Assembly (NCBI GenBank): GCA_965116875.1
Contig: OZ220733.1
Coordinates: 3,232,001-3,296,000 of the forward strand
Source: Candidatus Latescibacterota bacterium
Lineage (GTDB): Bacteria > Latescibacterota > UBA2968 > GCA-2709665
Reading direction: 5' to 3'
DNA length: 64,000 nucleotides
Part shown: positions 1 to 10,148 of the stretch, one piece after another
Numbering within the stretch: position 1 is the stretch's first letter
Layout of the letters: the number at the start of each line of letters is the position of its first letter
Notes under the pieces: generated by a model
What the model was told of the DNA's origin: nothing
Seen by the model: only the letters and a program-made list of their open reading frames with translations
Databases searched by the model: none
Position numbers and translations under genes: made by a program

Positions 1-1
1 C

Positions 2-157
2 TGGCATCTTTACATGCCGGCCTCCGCCGGTGGAGACGCAACCCGCGCATCCAGGGAAAAGGGAAGGATCGTAATCGACTCGAGCATCGAAGGCACGGGC
101 AGGTTTCTGGCCGAACTGTCAAGGGCGGACCGGAACCGGAATTTCCCCTACGCGTAA
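2..157 (+). CDS. C-terminal fragment of a creatininase-family amidohydrolase (partial, window edge)
   Basis: Frame 2 reads WHLYMPASAGGDATRASREKGRIVIDSSIEGTGRFLAELSRA...FPYA*. The GDAT-AS-EKG motif resembles creatininase C-termini. Confidence 0.5.
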   Translation, partial: WHLYMPASAGGDATRASREKGRIVIDSSIEGTGRFLAELSRADRNRNFPYA

Positions 158-407
158 CCTCAGTCCTAAAAAAAGGCAAAGGCGAAATTTACCACAAAGA
201 GCACAAAAGGTATCAGCGCAAAAGCGGGGCATCAAGGTCGAACAAATGGATGAACTACCGCTCACGTCCAGTGACCCCGGGTATCCGGGAACTTTGACTT
301 CAATTCGCCCTTGTTCTTTTGTGGATTTTCGACATTCAGGTCCCAGGATAATTTCGAATCAGGATTAAGAGACACGGCTTTTTGCAACGTCGATACCAGA
401 GGAGACC

Positions 408-1505
408 ATGGTAAACTACAATGACCTGGAGGTGAGGCCGTTCATCAACGCCAGCGGGACGATTACGACCCTCGGCGGCAGCCTGATGCCCTCCGAAGTA
501 CTCGATGCCATGCGGGATGCCGCTGGAGCGTTTGTGAATCTTCCGGAACTGAACGAAAGGGCGGGGAGGTACCTGGCGGGGACAATCGGCGTCGAGGGCG
601 CATTCGTGTCGTGCGGCGCGGCAAGCGGCATGCAGCTGTCGGCGGCAGCCTGTCTCACGGGTACGGACGCGGAAAGAGTCCGCGCGCTGCCTCATACCGA
701 CGGCTGGAGGAACGAGTTTGTGGTCAGCCTCGTGGATTCCCACACCTATATTCACCAGGGGATTGAGATCTGCGGCGGAAAGCTTACGTGGGTGGGCAGC
801 AGGACGGACGTGACGACCGGGGAGATTCTGGGCGGGATCACGGAACGGACGGCGGCCGTTGTGCATTTCCTGGGAACGCAGAGCAGGTCGCAGCTCGAAG
901 AGGTGGTTGCCGGGGCCAGCCGGATGGGGGTCCCCGTGGTGGTCGACGCAGCCGCGCAGCTTCCGCCGAGGACGAATCTGACGGAGATCGTTGACATTGG
1001 GGCGAGCCTGGCCGTCTTCAGTGGCGGCAAGGGTCTGCGCGGGCCGCAATGTACGGGTCTGGTTTTGGGAAAAAGCGACTACGTGGACGCGGTCCGGTTG
1101 AATGCCAGCCCCTTCAGCGCGGTGGGGCGCGGCATGAAGGTGGGCAAGGAGGAGATCCTCGGGCTGTTGGCCGCGGTCGATCTGTTTCTGGCGGGGAGCG
1201 ACGAGGCGGACCGGCTGGACTGGCATCGACAGGCGACGCGCGTCGTGGAACTCGCGGCTGAGGTACCGGGCGCCGCGGCGTACGTGTTGGGCGAGGGTCA
1301 GCAGGCTTCTCCCGATTTCGCCCCCAGGGCGTACGTCGATCTCGATGAGGCTGAAACCACCCGGGTAATTCGGGCGATGCGGGAAGGGGAGCCGCCGGTC
1401 GTGGTCCGTTCAAGCGGGAGCGGAGTCGTCGTGGATCCGATGACGCTGGCGCCCGGCGAGGAGGAGATCGTCGGCCGTCGGTTGAAGGAGGTGTTGAACC
1501 GATGA
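408..1505 (+). CDS. SelA/DgaE-like PLP-dependent enzyme
   Basis: INASGTITTLGGS start, DAAAQ, and the PLP-lysine motif FSGGKGLRGPQ. AGGAGA RBS upstream. Confidence 0.85.
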   Translation: MVNYNDLEVRPFINASGTITTLGGSLMPSEVLDAMRDAAGAFVNLPELNERAGRYLAGTIGVEGAFVSCGAASGMQLSAAACLTGTDAERVRALPHTDGWRNEFVVSLVDSHTYIHQGIEICGGKLTWVGSRTDVTTGEILGGITERTAAVVHFLGTQSRSQLEEVVAGASRMGVPVVVDAAAQLPPRTNLTEIVDIGASLAVFSGGKGLRGPQCTGLVLGKSDYVDAVRLNASPFSAVGRGMKVGKEEILGLLAAVDLFLAGSDEADRLDWHRQATRVVELAAEVPGAAAYVLGEGQQASPDFAPRAYVDLDEAETTRVIRAMREGEPPVVVRSSGSGVVVDPMTLAPGEEEIVGRRLKEVLNR

Positions 1506-2338
1506 TCGATGCCCATCTGCATATCGGACATCTGGGCAGGAGTATCGAGAATACGATCCGGCATATCGACGGCATCGGGGCCGAGAAAGCCGTATTCCTG
1601 CCGATCGAGACGGCCGACAGGGAATACGAGTGGCTCACCGAAAAGGTTGTTGAGGCGCATAAGCGGTACCCGGACAGAGTCATCCCCTTCTGCCACGTGG
1701 ACGTGACGAGGGACGACGCGGTCGCGGAGCTCGAACGCCGCGCGGCAACGGGTGTCTTCAAGGGATACGGCGAACAGAAACAGCACGTGCCGTTGAATCA
1801 TCCCGGTCTGGAGCGCGTGATGGCCTTCTGCAATGAGATGCGCTGGCCCGTCACGTGGCATTTCCAGGAGGGAAACCGGGGTTACAACCAGGGATTCGGG
1901 CATCTGGAGACGCTCGTGCGCACGTTCCGTGACATCCGGTTCATCGGTCACGCGCAGTCCTGGTGGGCCAATATCAGCGCCGAGGTTCCGCCGCCGGAAG
2001 AGACCCTGTACCCCACGGGGCCGGTGGTTCCGGGCGGGCTGGCGGACCGGCTGCTTTCCGACTACGAGAACGTGTATGCGGACCTGTCGGCCGGGTCGGG
2101 ACTGGGGGCCATTACGCGGGACGAGGCATTCGGCAGGGACTTTCTGATGCGCCACCGGCGGAAGCTGCTGTTCGCCACGGACTGCCCGTGTGTGGATGGT
2201 CGGGGAACCGACTATCCGCCGGGATGTTTTGCGGCGAAGAGTCTGCCTTTCCTGAGACGGATGGTGGACGATTCGGAAGCATTGGAGGACATCCTGCATC
2301 GCAACGCCGTGCGCGTGTTAGGATTGGACGGGAATTAA
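1502..2338 (+). CDS. Amidohydrolase family 2 (TIM barrel) protein
   Basis: IDAHLH metal motif, IGHA, YADLS and LFATD. ATGA overlap with the upstream gene. Confidence 0.85.
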   Translation: MIDAHLHIGHLGRSIENTIRHIDGIGAEKAVFLPIETADREYEWLTEKVVEAHKRYPDRVIPFCHVDVTRDDAVAELERRAATGVFKGYGEQKQHVPLNHPGLERVMAFCNEMRWPVTWHFQEGNRGYNQGFGHLETLVRTFRDIRFIGHAQSWWANISAEVPPPEETLYPTGPVVPGGLADRLLSDYENVYADLSAGSGLGAITRDEAFGRDFLMRHRRKLLFATDCPCVDGRGTDYPPGCFAAKSLPFLRRMVDDSEALEDILHRNAVRVLGLDGN

Positions 2339-2344
2339 CCGACC

Positions 2345-3796
2345 ATGTCGATCGCGATTAAAGACTTCGACCTCAACGTATTGAACATGAAAGCGCGAAT
2401 GCCCTTCCGATACGGAATCGCGTCTCTCGTCGCCGTTCCCCATCTGTTCGTCCGGGTGACCGCGGAAATTTACGGACGCGGGGAGGTGGGACTCGCCGCG
2501 GACGGGCTCCCGCCCAAGTGGTTTACCAAGAACCCCGATGCGTCGTTCGAGGACGACCTTGAGGAAATGCTGGCGGTCATCCGGCAGGCCTGCCGGCTGT
2601 CCCTGGCGGCAAACCCGGCGGATTCCGTCTATGGCTTCTGGCGGGACATATACAACCGTCAGGAGGAGTGGGCGGCATCCACGTCGTACCCGCCGTTGCT
2701 GTGGGGCTTCGGCGTGAGCCTTGTGGAGCGGGCTCTTATAGACGCGTTCTGCCGGGCGACCGGCGCCACGTTCGAAATTGCGATGCGAGAGAATGGTTTC
2801 GGCCTTCGGATGGGAGAGATTCATCCCGTTCTGGAGGGAGTCGAACCCGGTTCGCTGCTGCCCGAACGCGCGAACAGGTCGATCCTGGCGCGCCATACCG
2901 TGGGACTGACCGATCCGCTGACTGACGCGGAGATCCCGGCGGACGAGCGTGTGGTCGACGGACTGCCGCAATCTCTCGAAGCCAGCATACAGGCGTACGG
3001 CCTGTCGCATCTGAAAATCAAGCTGTGCGGCGATTCGGATCAGGACGCGGACCGGTTGAGGGACATCGCGGGACTGATGGAACGACATTCCGGTTCCGGC
3101 TATGCGTTTACGCTGGACGGGAACGAGCAGTACGCCGAAATCGATCCGTTCCGCGGGCTATGGGAATCGATCGCGGCGGATCCGTCGCTGAGCGGGTTCA
3201 TGCGACGGCTGTTGTTCGTGGAGCAGCCGCTGAGGCGGGACGTCGCCCTTGGCGCGGCTGTGGGCGGCGCCCTGCGCGACTGGCCGGGCCGTCCTCCGAT
3301 GATTATCGACGAGTCCGACGGAACGCTGACCAGCGCGGCGGAGGCCCTGGAACTGGGATACGCGGGAACCAGTCACAAGAATTGCAAGGGGATCTTCAAA
3401 GGCGTCGCCAGCGCCTGCCTCATCGCGGACAGGAGAAAGAGGGATCCCGGCCGGAAATACGTTCTGAGCAGCGAAGACCTTGGAAACGTCGGTCCGGTCG
3501 CGCTGCTGCAGGACCTGGCGGTGGCCGCGAGCCTCGGCGTGGGGCATACGGAGCGCAACGGACATCACTATTTCACGGGGTTGAGCATGTATCCCGGGGA
3601 CGTGCAGGCGCAGGTTCTACGGCATCACGGTTCGATCTACCGGCGCCACGAAGCGGGGTTTCCGACGCTGGACGTGCGCGGCGGCAGGCTGGATATCGGC
3701 AGCGTGGCGGATGCGCCATTCGGTTACGGGTTCGATCTGGACACCAAGCGGTTCACCCCGCTGGAAGACTGGTCGGCGTCATCGCTGGATCTTTGA
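2345..3796 (+). CDS. Enolase-superfamily (mandelate racemase/dehydratase-like) protein
   Basis: KxK motif (HLKIKL) and metal ligands in DGNE, EQP and DES. Confidence 0.7.
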   Translation: MSIAIKDFDLNVLNMKARMPFRYGIASLVAVPHLFVRVTAEIYGRGEVGLAADGLPPKWFTKNPDASFEDDLEEMLAVIRQACRLSLAANPADSVYGFWRDIYNRQEEWAASTSYPPLLWGFGVSLVERALIDAFCRATGATFEIAMRENGFGLRMGEIHPVLEGVEPGSLLPERANRSILARHTVGLTDPLTDAEIPADERVVDGLPQSLEASIQAYGLSHLKIKLCGDSDQDADRLRDIAGLMERHSGSGYAFTLDGNEQYAEIDPFRGLWESIAADPSLSGFMRRLLFVEQPLRRDVALGAAVGGALRDWPGRPPMIIDESDGTLTSAAEALELGYAGTSHKNCKGIFKGVASACLIADRRKRDPGRKYVLSSEDLGNVGPVALLQDLAVAASLGVGHTERNGHHYFTGLSMYPGDVQAQVLRHHGSIYRRHEAGFPTLDVRGGRLDIGSVADAPFGYGFDLDTKRFTPLEDWSASSLDL

Positions 3797-3905
3797 GTAT
3801 CGTCTGCCGAAGCGCGCCGTTTGCATTTCCGGGGCGGCGGCGGATGGAGGCCGTTCTGCAATCCTGACTTCAGTGAAACCAGCTCTCCTTTTTCCGGGAG
3901 GCAGA

Positions 3906-5246
3906 TTGGAACGGATCGACTGGAATGCAGTCCGTGAGGAGGTGACGGGATATCTTCAGGACCTGATCCGCCTGGACACGACCAATCCTCCCGGGAACGA
4001 GATTCTCGCCGCACAGTACCTCGCAGGCGTGTTGCAAAGAGAGGGTTTCGATCCGCGGGTGACCGAATCAGAGCCGGGACGGGGAAACGTGACGGCGCGG
4101 CTGTCCGGGGGCGGCGAACCGCTGGTGTTGCTGGGACACACGGACGTGGTCGCGGTGGAGCCCGACCGGTGGCGCCATCCGCCGTTCGGCGGCCGGCTGC
4201 ACGACGGATACGTCTGGGGCCGCGGCGCGCTGGATATGAAAAACATGGTCGCGGCGCAGTTGATGGTGTTTCTGCTGTTGAAGCGGCAAGGGATCCGTCT
4301 GAAGCGAGACGTGATATTCGCGGCCACGGCGGATGAAGAGGCCGGCAAAGGGGACCACGGCGTCGGCTGGCTGCTGGACAACCATCCGGAGCAGGTGGAC
4401 GCGCCATATGTGCTGACGGAGGGCGGCGGCGCGGAATTCCGCGTGGGCGATGCCAGGTTCTATACCTGCCAGACCGGGCAGAAGGGAATCTGCAGATTCA
4501 GGATGACGGCCGGCGGGCAGCCCGGACACGGTTCCAGGCCGCACCCGGAAAACGCCGTGGTGAGACTGTCGGAAGCGGTCGCCGCACTGGGACGGGCCGA
4601 GTTGCCGATGCATGCGTCACGGACCATCCGAGAATTTCTGGAGCGTATCGCCGAAACGCAGGATGCCGGCACCGCAAGCCGGCTGCGTCGCGTCCTGGAG
4701 CCCGCACACAGCGAGGCGGCGCTCGAAGCGCTTCCTCTGGCGTCCGATATCGTGTCGAACCTGCGTGCGTCGCTGCGAAACACCGCTTCCGTGACTATGC
4801 TGGAAGCCGGACAGAAGATCAACGTGATTCCGGCCGAGGCCGCCGCGTGGGTGGACGGCAGGCTGGCGCCCGGACAGACGGACGGGAGTTTCTTTCAGGA
4901 GATCCGTCCGCTCATCGGAGACGACGTCCGGATCGACGTGGACCAGTACAGCCCCCCTCTGGAGGCCGGGACCGACTCGCCGCTGTACCGGACCATCGTG
5001 GAGGTGATGGCGGATCAGGATCCGGGCGCGCGGGTCGTGCCGTCGCAATCCACGGGGGGCACGGATGCCAAACACATCTGCCCGCGAAGGCCGTCGACGC
5101 AGGTGTACGGGTTCATGCCTTACCGGGGAGCCCCCGGAGAAGAGGAATGGCAGCTGATTCACGGGCACGACGAACGCACCTCTGTCGCGAACCTGGTCTT
5201 CGCCACCCGCGTAATCTTCGATATCGTATGCCGCTTTTGCGGATAG
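3906..5246 (+). CDS. M20/M25/M40 family metallopeptidase/deacylase
   Basis: DTTNPPGNE, GHTDVV, GRGALDMK, ADEE, GGTDAK and HGHDER. Start moved to the TTG at 3906 behind a GGAGG RBS. Confidence 0.9.
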   Translation: MERIDWNAVREEVTGYLQDLIRLDTTNPPGNEILAAQYLAGVLQREGFDPRVTESEPGRGNVTARLSGGGEPLVLLGHTDVVAVEPDRWRHPPFGGRLHDGYVWGRGALDMKNMVAAQLMVFLLLKRQGIRLKRDVIFAATADEEAGKGDHGVGWLLDNHPEQVDAPYVLTEGGGAEFRVGDARFYTCQTGQKGICRFRMTAGGQPGHGSRPHPENAVVRLSEAVAALGRAELPMHASRTIREFLERIAETQDAGTASRLRRVLEPAHSEAALEALPLASDIVSNLRASLRNTASVTMLEAGQKINVIPAEAAAWVDGRLAPGQTDGSFFQEIRPLIGDDVRIDVDQYSPPLEAGTDSPLYRTIVEVMADQDPGARVVPSQSTGGTDAKHICPRRPSTQVYGFMPYRGAPGEEEWQLIHGHDERTSVANLVFATRVIFDIVCRFCG

Positions 5247-5292
5247 AACCCGTCGAAGAAAGACGCGTTGGAGACCGAACGGAGGGATTCTG

Positions 5293-6267
5293 ATGCGGGT
5301 GCTGGTAACGGACTATGCGTGGGCCGACCTCAGCGTGGAGCAGGAGGTTCTGGAGGCCATCGGAGTCGAACTGGTGGCCGCACCGGATGGAAGCGAAGAG
5401 ACGCTGGCACGGCTGGCCGTCGGCGCCAGCGGCATCATGACGTGCTGGGCCCAGACCACCCGGCGGGTCATTCAGGCGGCGCTGCCGGATCTGAAGGTGG
5501 TCACGCGTTACGGAGTGGGGTTGGATAATATCGACGTGGCCTTCGCAACCGCGCAAGAGATTCCCGTGGCGTACGTGCCGGACTATTGTATGACGGACGT
5601 GGCGGAGCACGCGATGGCGCTGTTGCTGGCGCTTTCGCGAAAGGTGGCCGGATTCGACCGATCGGTTCGGGGGGACGTCTGGGATATACAGGCCTGTCTG
5701 CCCCTGAATCGCCTGACCGGGCGCACGCTGGGGCTTATCGGTTTCGGCCGTATCGCGCGGGAGGTCGCGGTCCGCGCGGTACCCTTCGGGCTCCGCGTCG
5801 TTGCAACGGCGCCGTCGCTGACGGCCGGTACCGCCGCGGCCGGCGGCGTCGAGGCCGTGACGCTTGACGCGTTGCTGGACGCGTCGGACTACGTTTCGGT
5901 CCACTGTCCTTCCAAGGACGCGACGCGGGGACTCATTGGCGCGGATGCCCTGCGCAGGATGAAACCCACGGCCTGCCTGATCAACACGTCGCGAGGCGAT
6001 ATCGTGGACGAGTCCGCGCTGGCCGACGCGCTGGACGCCGGCGAGATCGCGGGGGCTGCCCTGGACGTCCGTGCAGAGGAGCCGCCGGGCGGCGGCGACC
6101 GGCTCATCGGGATGCCCCAGGTGATCCATACGCCCCACGCCGCGTTCTATTCGGCGGAATCCCTGATCGAACTGCGTGAACGCGCCGCTATGGAGACCCG
6201 CAGGGTGCTGCAGGGTGAGGATCCCGAAAACCTGGTGAATCCGGAATACCGGAGCGAGGGCGGGTGA
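5293..6267 (+). CDS. D-isomer-specific 2-hydroxyacid dehydrogenase (CtBP/SerA-like)
   Basis: RYGVGLDNID, GFGRIA, INTSRG, ALDV and TPHAAFYS. Confidence 0.9.
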   Translation: MRVLVTDYAWADLSVEQEVLEAIGVELVAAPDGSEETLARLAVGASGIMTCWAQTTRRVIQAALPDLKVVTRYGVGLDNIDVAFATAQEIPVAYVPDYCMTDVAEHAMALLLALSRKVAGFDRSVRGDVWDIQACLPLNRLTGRTLGLIGFGRIAREVAVRAVPFGLRVVATAPSLTAGTAAAGGVEAVTLDALLDASDYVSVHCPSKDATRGLIGADALRRMKPTACLINTSRGDIVDESALADALDAGEIAGAALDVRAEEPPGGGDRLIGMPQVIHTPHAAFYSAESLIELRERAAMETRRVLQGEDPENLVNPEYRSEGG

Positions 6268-6271
6268 CGTC

Positions 6272-7639
6272 ATGTCCGAAAGACCCAATATCCTGGTTCT
6301 GATGTGCGACCAGCTGCGTCGCGACGCGCTGTCGATCCACGGCGACGTGAACCTGCAAACGCCGTATATCGACGCGCTTGCGACGCGGGGCGTGAGATTC
6401 TCAAACGCCTGTTCGACCTATCCGATCTGCGTGCCCTTCCGTTTTACGTTCATGACGGGAGAGTACGCCCACAGCCGAAAGGTCCCCGGCATCGAGTACA
6501 GGATGTCGCCCACCGAATATACGTTGGCCGACGCGTTCAACGAGGCGGGGTACGAAACGGTCTACGTGGGCAAGTGGCACCTGGACGGCGGTCACGGCCG
6601 CATGGGTTCCGCGCTTGAATGTGGGCGAACCCCGGTGCCGCGGGCGTACCAGGGCCGCTGGGAGAAGTGGTTCGGATTCGAACTCAGAAACGCGCCTTTC
6701 GATACGTATTTTTTCGAGGACGACGATCCGACGCCGAGGCCCATCGAAGGCTATCAGACCGATGGGTTGTACGATATCGGAATGAAGTACCTGGCAGAGC
6801 GAAGGGATCGCTCCCGGCCGTTCTGTATGGTCATTTCGGTTGAGCCCCCGCACGACCCGTTCGAAGCGCCGCCCGACGTTCAGGCCGCGTGGGAAGCCAG
6901 GGAGATTGAACTGCCGCCCAATTTCGACGCGTCCGACGCCGGGCGCTCCGAGGCATTCGTTCTGGATCGCAAGCGGTATTACGCGATGGTGGAGAATCTG
7001 GATGACAACGTCAGGCGGATGACGGAATTTCTGGAGGCGCAGGGTCTGGCGGACAATACCGTTGTGATGTTCATTTCGGACCACGGTGAACTCGGCGGAA
7101 GCCACGGACTGAAAGGGAAGCAGTGGCCGTACGAGGAATCCGTGGGTATTCCCGCGATGGTCCACGACCCCCGTTATCCAGGTAATGCGGGCGCCGCGAT
7201 CGCGGATCCGATCTGCACGGAGGATCTGTTTCCCACGTTACTGGGTCTGGCGGGGTTGGCACCCGGCGACCATCTGCCGGGCACGGACCTGTCCCCGCTG
7301 ATTCGCGGTGAGATCGAATCGCTGGATCGCGAGGGCGTACTGCTGGAGTTCGTGGCGGAACTCCGCAAGGGAATGGCGTTCAACAGGTGGGTATGGCGGG
7401 GGTTTCGCAGCCGGAGGTACAAGTATACCGTCCGGGGTGACAAGATGGGCGCCGGCGCATGGCAGTTTTTCGATCTGGAAGCCGATCCGTACGAACGGCG
7501 GAACCTGATCGATCACCCCGACTTCCAGGACGAAATCGCGCGGCACCACAGGCTTCTCAGGGACCGGCTGGTCGAGACCGGCGACCATTTCGTGTTGCTG
7601 CCGGCATTCGGCTGCGACGGCGTGAACATGTGGCAATAG
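6272..7639 (+). CDS. Formylglycine-type sulfatase
   Basis: PNILVLMCDQLR, CxPxR (CVPFR), GKWHL, PPH and SDHG. Confidence 0.9.
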   Translation: MSERPNILVLMCDQLRRDALSIHGDVNLQTPYIDALATRGVRFSNACSTYPICVPFRFTFMTGEYAHSRKVPGIEYRMSPTEYTLADAFNEAGYETVYVGKWHLDGGHGRMGSALECGRTPVPRAYQGRWEKWFGFELRNAPFDTYFFEDDDPTPRPIEGYQTDGLYDIGMKYLAERRDRSRPFCMVISVEPPHDPFEAPPDVQAAWEAREIELPPNFDASDAGRSEAFVLDRKRYYAMVENLDDNVRRMTEFLEAQGLADNTVVMFISDHGELGGSHGLKGKQWPYEESVGIPAMVHDPRYPGNAGAAIADPICTEDLFPTLLGLAGLAPGDHLPGTDLSPLIRGEIESLDREGVLLEFVAELRKGMAFNRWVWRGFRSRRYKYTVRGDKMGAGAWQFFDLEADPYERRNLIDHPDFQDEIARHHRLLRDRLVETGDHFVLLPAFGCDGVNMWQ

Positions 7640-7678
7640 CGTCTGAAATCGAAATCCCGGTGTGAATTCGTCGACGTA

Positions 7679-8719
7679 CTATTCGCAGTGAAACCAGTCG
7701 CGGAAGGCGGGCTCGTAAGGAGGGTGGGCCACGCCCTTCTCGGTGACGATGGCCGTGACCAGACGCGCGGGCGTGACGTCGAAGGCAGGATTGTATACGT
7801 TGACGCCCCCCGGCGCGGTCTGTCTGCCCATCCCGCGGGTGACTTCTTCCGGTTCCCGCTCTTCGATGGGAATCTCCTCGCCGCGAGGCAGGGACATGTC
7901 GATGGTGGAGAGCGGGGCGGCAACGTAGAAGGGCACGTTATGCTCACGCGCCAGAATGGCCAGCCCGTAGGTGCCGATCTTGTTGGCGACGTCGCCGTTG
8001 GCGGCAATGCGGTCGGCGCCTACGATGACGCTGTCGATGTTCTTCTGCCGCAGGACCGAAGCCGCCATGCTGTCGCAGATCACCGTGACGTCGACGCCGC
8101 TTTGCCGGAGTTCCCACGCCGTGAGCCTTGATCCCTGCAGCAGGGGGCGGGTTTCGTCGGCGATTACGGCGACCTGTTTCCCGGCTTCAACGGCTGCATA
8201 GATCACGGCAAGCGCCGTACCGTAGTCCGCGGTGGCCAGAGCGCCCGCGTTGCAGTGGGTGAGTACGGTCGCGTTGGGGTTGAGCAGTTCGGCGCCGTTC
8301 TTTCCAATCTGCCTGCAGACTCTCCTGTCTTCCTCGAAGATTTCCTGCGCTTCCTCCAGCAGCCGGTCCCGGATCTGAGCGGGATGCCGGTCGGCGATTT
8401 CACTGAGCCGTCTGCCCATCCGATCCAGCGCCCAGAACAGGTTCACGGCGGTGGGCCGGGTTCGAGCCAGCCTCTCGATTGCCTTCCTTGTACCTGAGAC
8501 GATATCCGACCCCGAGGCCACGGCTTCCCGCGCGCCGATAACGACGCCGTATGCCGCGGCCACGCCAATCGCAGGAGCGCCCCGGACCCTGAGACTCTCG
8601 ATGGCTTCTGCAACGGTTTCCACGTCTCCGCAGTCGATCCGGACGTAACGTTCGGGCAGAAAGGTCTGATCGATCAGCCGGAGGGTGTCATCTTCCCAGG
8701 CGATGGTTGGAACGGGCAT
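7679..8719 (-). CDS. mtnA: S-methyl-5-thioribose-1-phosphate isomerase
   Basis: VRGAPAIG, RPTAVNL, THCNAGALAT, ETRPLLQG, NKIGTY and NPAFDVTP. Start trimmed to MPVPTIAW because the upstream extension is repeat-derived. Confidence 0.95.
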   Translation of the reverse strand: MPVPTIAWEDDTLRLIDQTFLPERYVRIDCGDVETVAEAIESLRVRGAPAIGVAAAYGVVIGAREAVASGSDIVSGTRKAIERLARTRPTAVNLFWALDRMGRRLSEIADRHPAQIRDRLLEEAQEIFEEDRRVCRQIGKNGAELLNPNATVLTHCNAGALATADYGTALAVIYAAVEAGKQVAVIADETRPLLQGSRLTAWELRQSGVDVTVICDSMAASVLRQKNIDSVIVGADRIAANGDVANKIGTYGLAILAREHNVPFYVAAPLSTIDMSLPRGEEIPIEEREPEEVTRGMGRQTAPGGVNVYNPAFDVTPARLVTAIVTEKGVAHPPYEPAFRDWFHCE

Positions 8720-8726
8720 CGGTCGT

Positions 8727-8935
8727 AGTGAGAAGCGAGGAGTGAGGAAAGAGGAGTGAGGAAAGAGGAGTGAGGAGTGAGAGAAACCCATTTCGTCCCC
8801 TCTCTTTTCCCACTTCTCTCCGTTCTCTCCTCGATTCTTGCCTCCTCTCTTTTCTCACTTCTCTCCGCTCACTCCTCTACCTGCCTTCTCTCTTTTCTCA
8901 CTTCTCTCCACTCACTTCTCGACTCTCTCCTCTAT
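8727..8935. repeat. Degenerate heptamer arrays: purine (AGTGAGG/AAAGAGG)n followed by the complementary pyrimidine tract (TCTCACT/CTCTCTT)n
   Basis: 7-bp periodicity is directly visible. An A/G tract at 8727-8786 faces a C/T tract at ~8797-8935. Confidence 0.85.
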
Positions 8936-8958
8936 TCTGTTCCCGCGACGCAAGGTCG

Positions 8959-9360
8959 TCAGGAAAGTTTCGCGGGACGTTCAACGGAGGATGTCTCGGC
9001 GAGTGAGGGGTCTTCTTCGATTCTCTCGGACGGGGCGTCTCCCCAGAGGCGCTCGAGGCGGTAGAACGCACGCGCCTTCGGCTGGAAGATGTGCACGACC
9101 ACGTCGATGTAGTCGAACAGAACCCAGGTGCGCGATTCCTGTCCCTCGATATGCCACGGCCGGTAGCCCGCTGCTTTCGTGCCTTCCTGAAGCCCGTCCG
9201 CGAGGGCCCTGACGTGTACGTCCGAATTGCCGGTACAGATGAGAAAGTAGTCCGCGACGTCGGAGACCGTGCGCAGATCGATCAGAAGCAGATCTTCGCC
9301 CTTGCGGGACTGAAGGCACTCGATGCAGAGATCCAGGATTTCACGTATCTGATTGGACAA
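8959..9360 (-). CDS. rsfS: Ribosome silencing factor
   Basis: ADYFLICTGNS, HVRALAD, WVLFDYIDVVVHIF and FYRLERLW. Confidence 0.95.
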   Translation of the reverse strand: MSNQIREILDLCIECLQSRKGEDLLLIDLRTVSDVADYFLICTGNSDVHVRALADGLQEGTKAAGYRPWHIEGQESRTWVLFDYIDVVVHIFQPKARAFYRLERLWGDAPSERIEEDPSLAETSSVERPAKLS

Positions 9361-9393
9361 TGCGGTTCCGTTCCGTGGATGAACGACACACGG

Positions 9394-9909
9394 TTATTGG
9401 GAGCGTCGCGGCAGGTCCGGGGACAGAATTCCGAGGCGGTCGTAATCCCGGCCTATGATGACCGCGACCTGTTCGATGCGATAGGGGTCATGTACGATCT
9501 GTTGAATGTGCGTCCGAAGTCCCATCGCATCGGCGACTCTGCGCGCGTTTTCAAGATTTCCCGTCCGGTCGATGACGATGGTTTCGGGATAGTTGAAGCT
9601 TTCGGCGTTTTTCCACGTCATCACGTCGAAACCCGCTTCCCGAAGGTAACGCCCCACCTTTTCCGCGACCCCGGCAACACCGCAGCCGTTGAGTACTTCG
9701 ATGCGGATTGTCTGCAACGTACCGGGCTCGGGGTGTGCGGAAAGTATCCGCTTCGTATCGGCGAGAGCTTCCGTCGTCGGCGCGGAGGCGGGTTCGGGCT
9801 CTGATACGGCTGACGGGGGTTCTGAGGGCAGCCGTCTCTGAATGTCGAAGACGGCGAAACCTGTAAAGATCAATGCCGCCACAGCAAGCAAGACGATCTT
9901 CCGTGCCAT
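9394..9909 (-). CDS. Membrane-anchored LytR C-terminal domain protein
   Basis: N-terminal TM segment, IEVLNGCGVAGVA and VIIGRDY. Confidence 0.85.
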   Translation of the reverse strand: MARKIVLLAVAALIFTGFAVFDIQRRLPSEPPSAVSEPEPASAPTTEALADTKRILSAHPEPGTLQTIRIEVLNGCGVAGVAEKVGRYLREAGFDVMTWKNAESFNYPETIVIDRTGNLENARRVADAMGLRTHIQQIVHDPYRIEQVAVIIGRDYDRLGILSPDLPRRSQ

Positions 9910-10003
9910 CTGCTATGCCCGAAAAACGGAACGGGACACTGTCCGGACTGAACACGACCAGACGCATGTCCCGTATCAAAGAATGACCTGGAGACGACTC
10001 TCA

Positions 10004-10148
10004 GAAGTTGTTTTGAAAACCCGGTGAATCCAGAGCGCGCGGGAAAATGTGTCGGTCGAGGCGGACAAATTCGCCCATATTCGGATATAAGGGTGATTTG
10101 ACCAACGCAGGCAGGCGCGAAGAACGCTGGGGGTTTTAATACAACTTC
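10004..10148. mobile_element. Diverged 145-bp MITE, relative of the 162-bp family
   Basis: Imperfect TIRs GAAGTTGTTTTGAAAAC / GTTTTAATACAACTTC, TCA direct repeats on both flanks, and shared internal blocks (CCGGTGA, CGCCCATATT, TTTGACCAACG). Confidence 0.8.

Noticed and set aside
191-326. ACCACAAAGAGCACAAA with an imperfect inverted partner
   Set aside because: Possibly another decayed short-repeat element, but too short and degenerate to support.
408-1505. True selenocysteine synthase selA
   Set aside because: It is a short form lacking the N-terminal tRNA-binding region, no selB or selC is nearby, and the context is catabolic.
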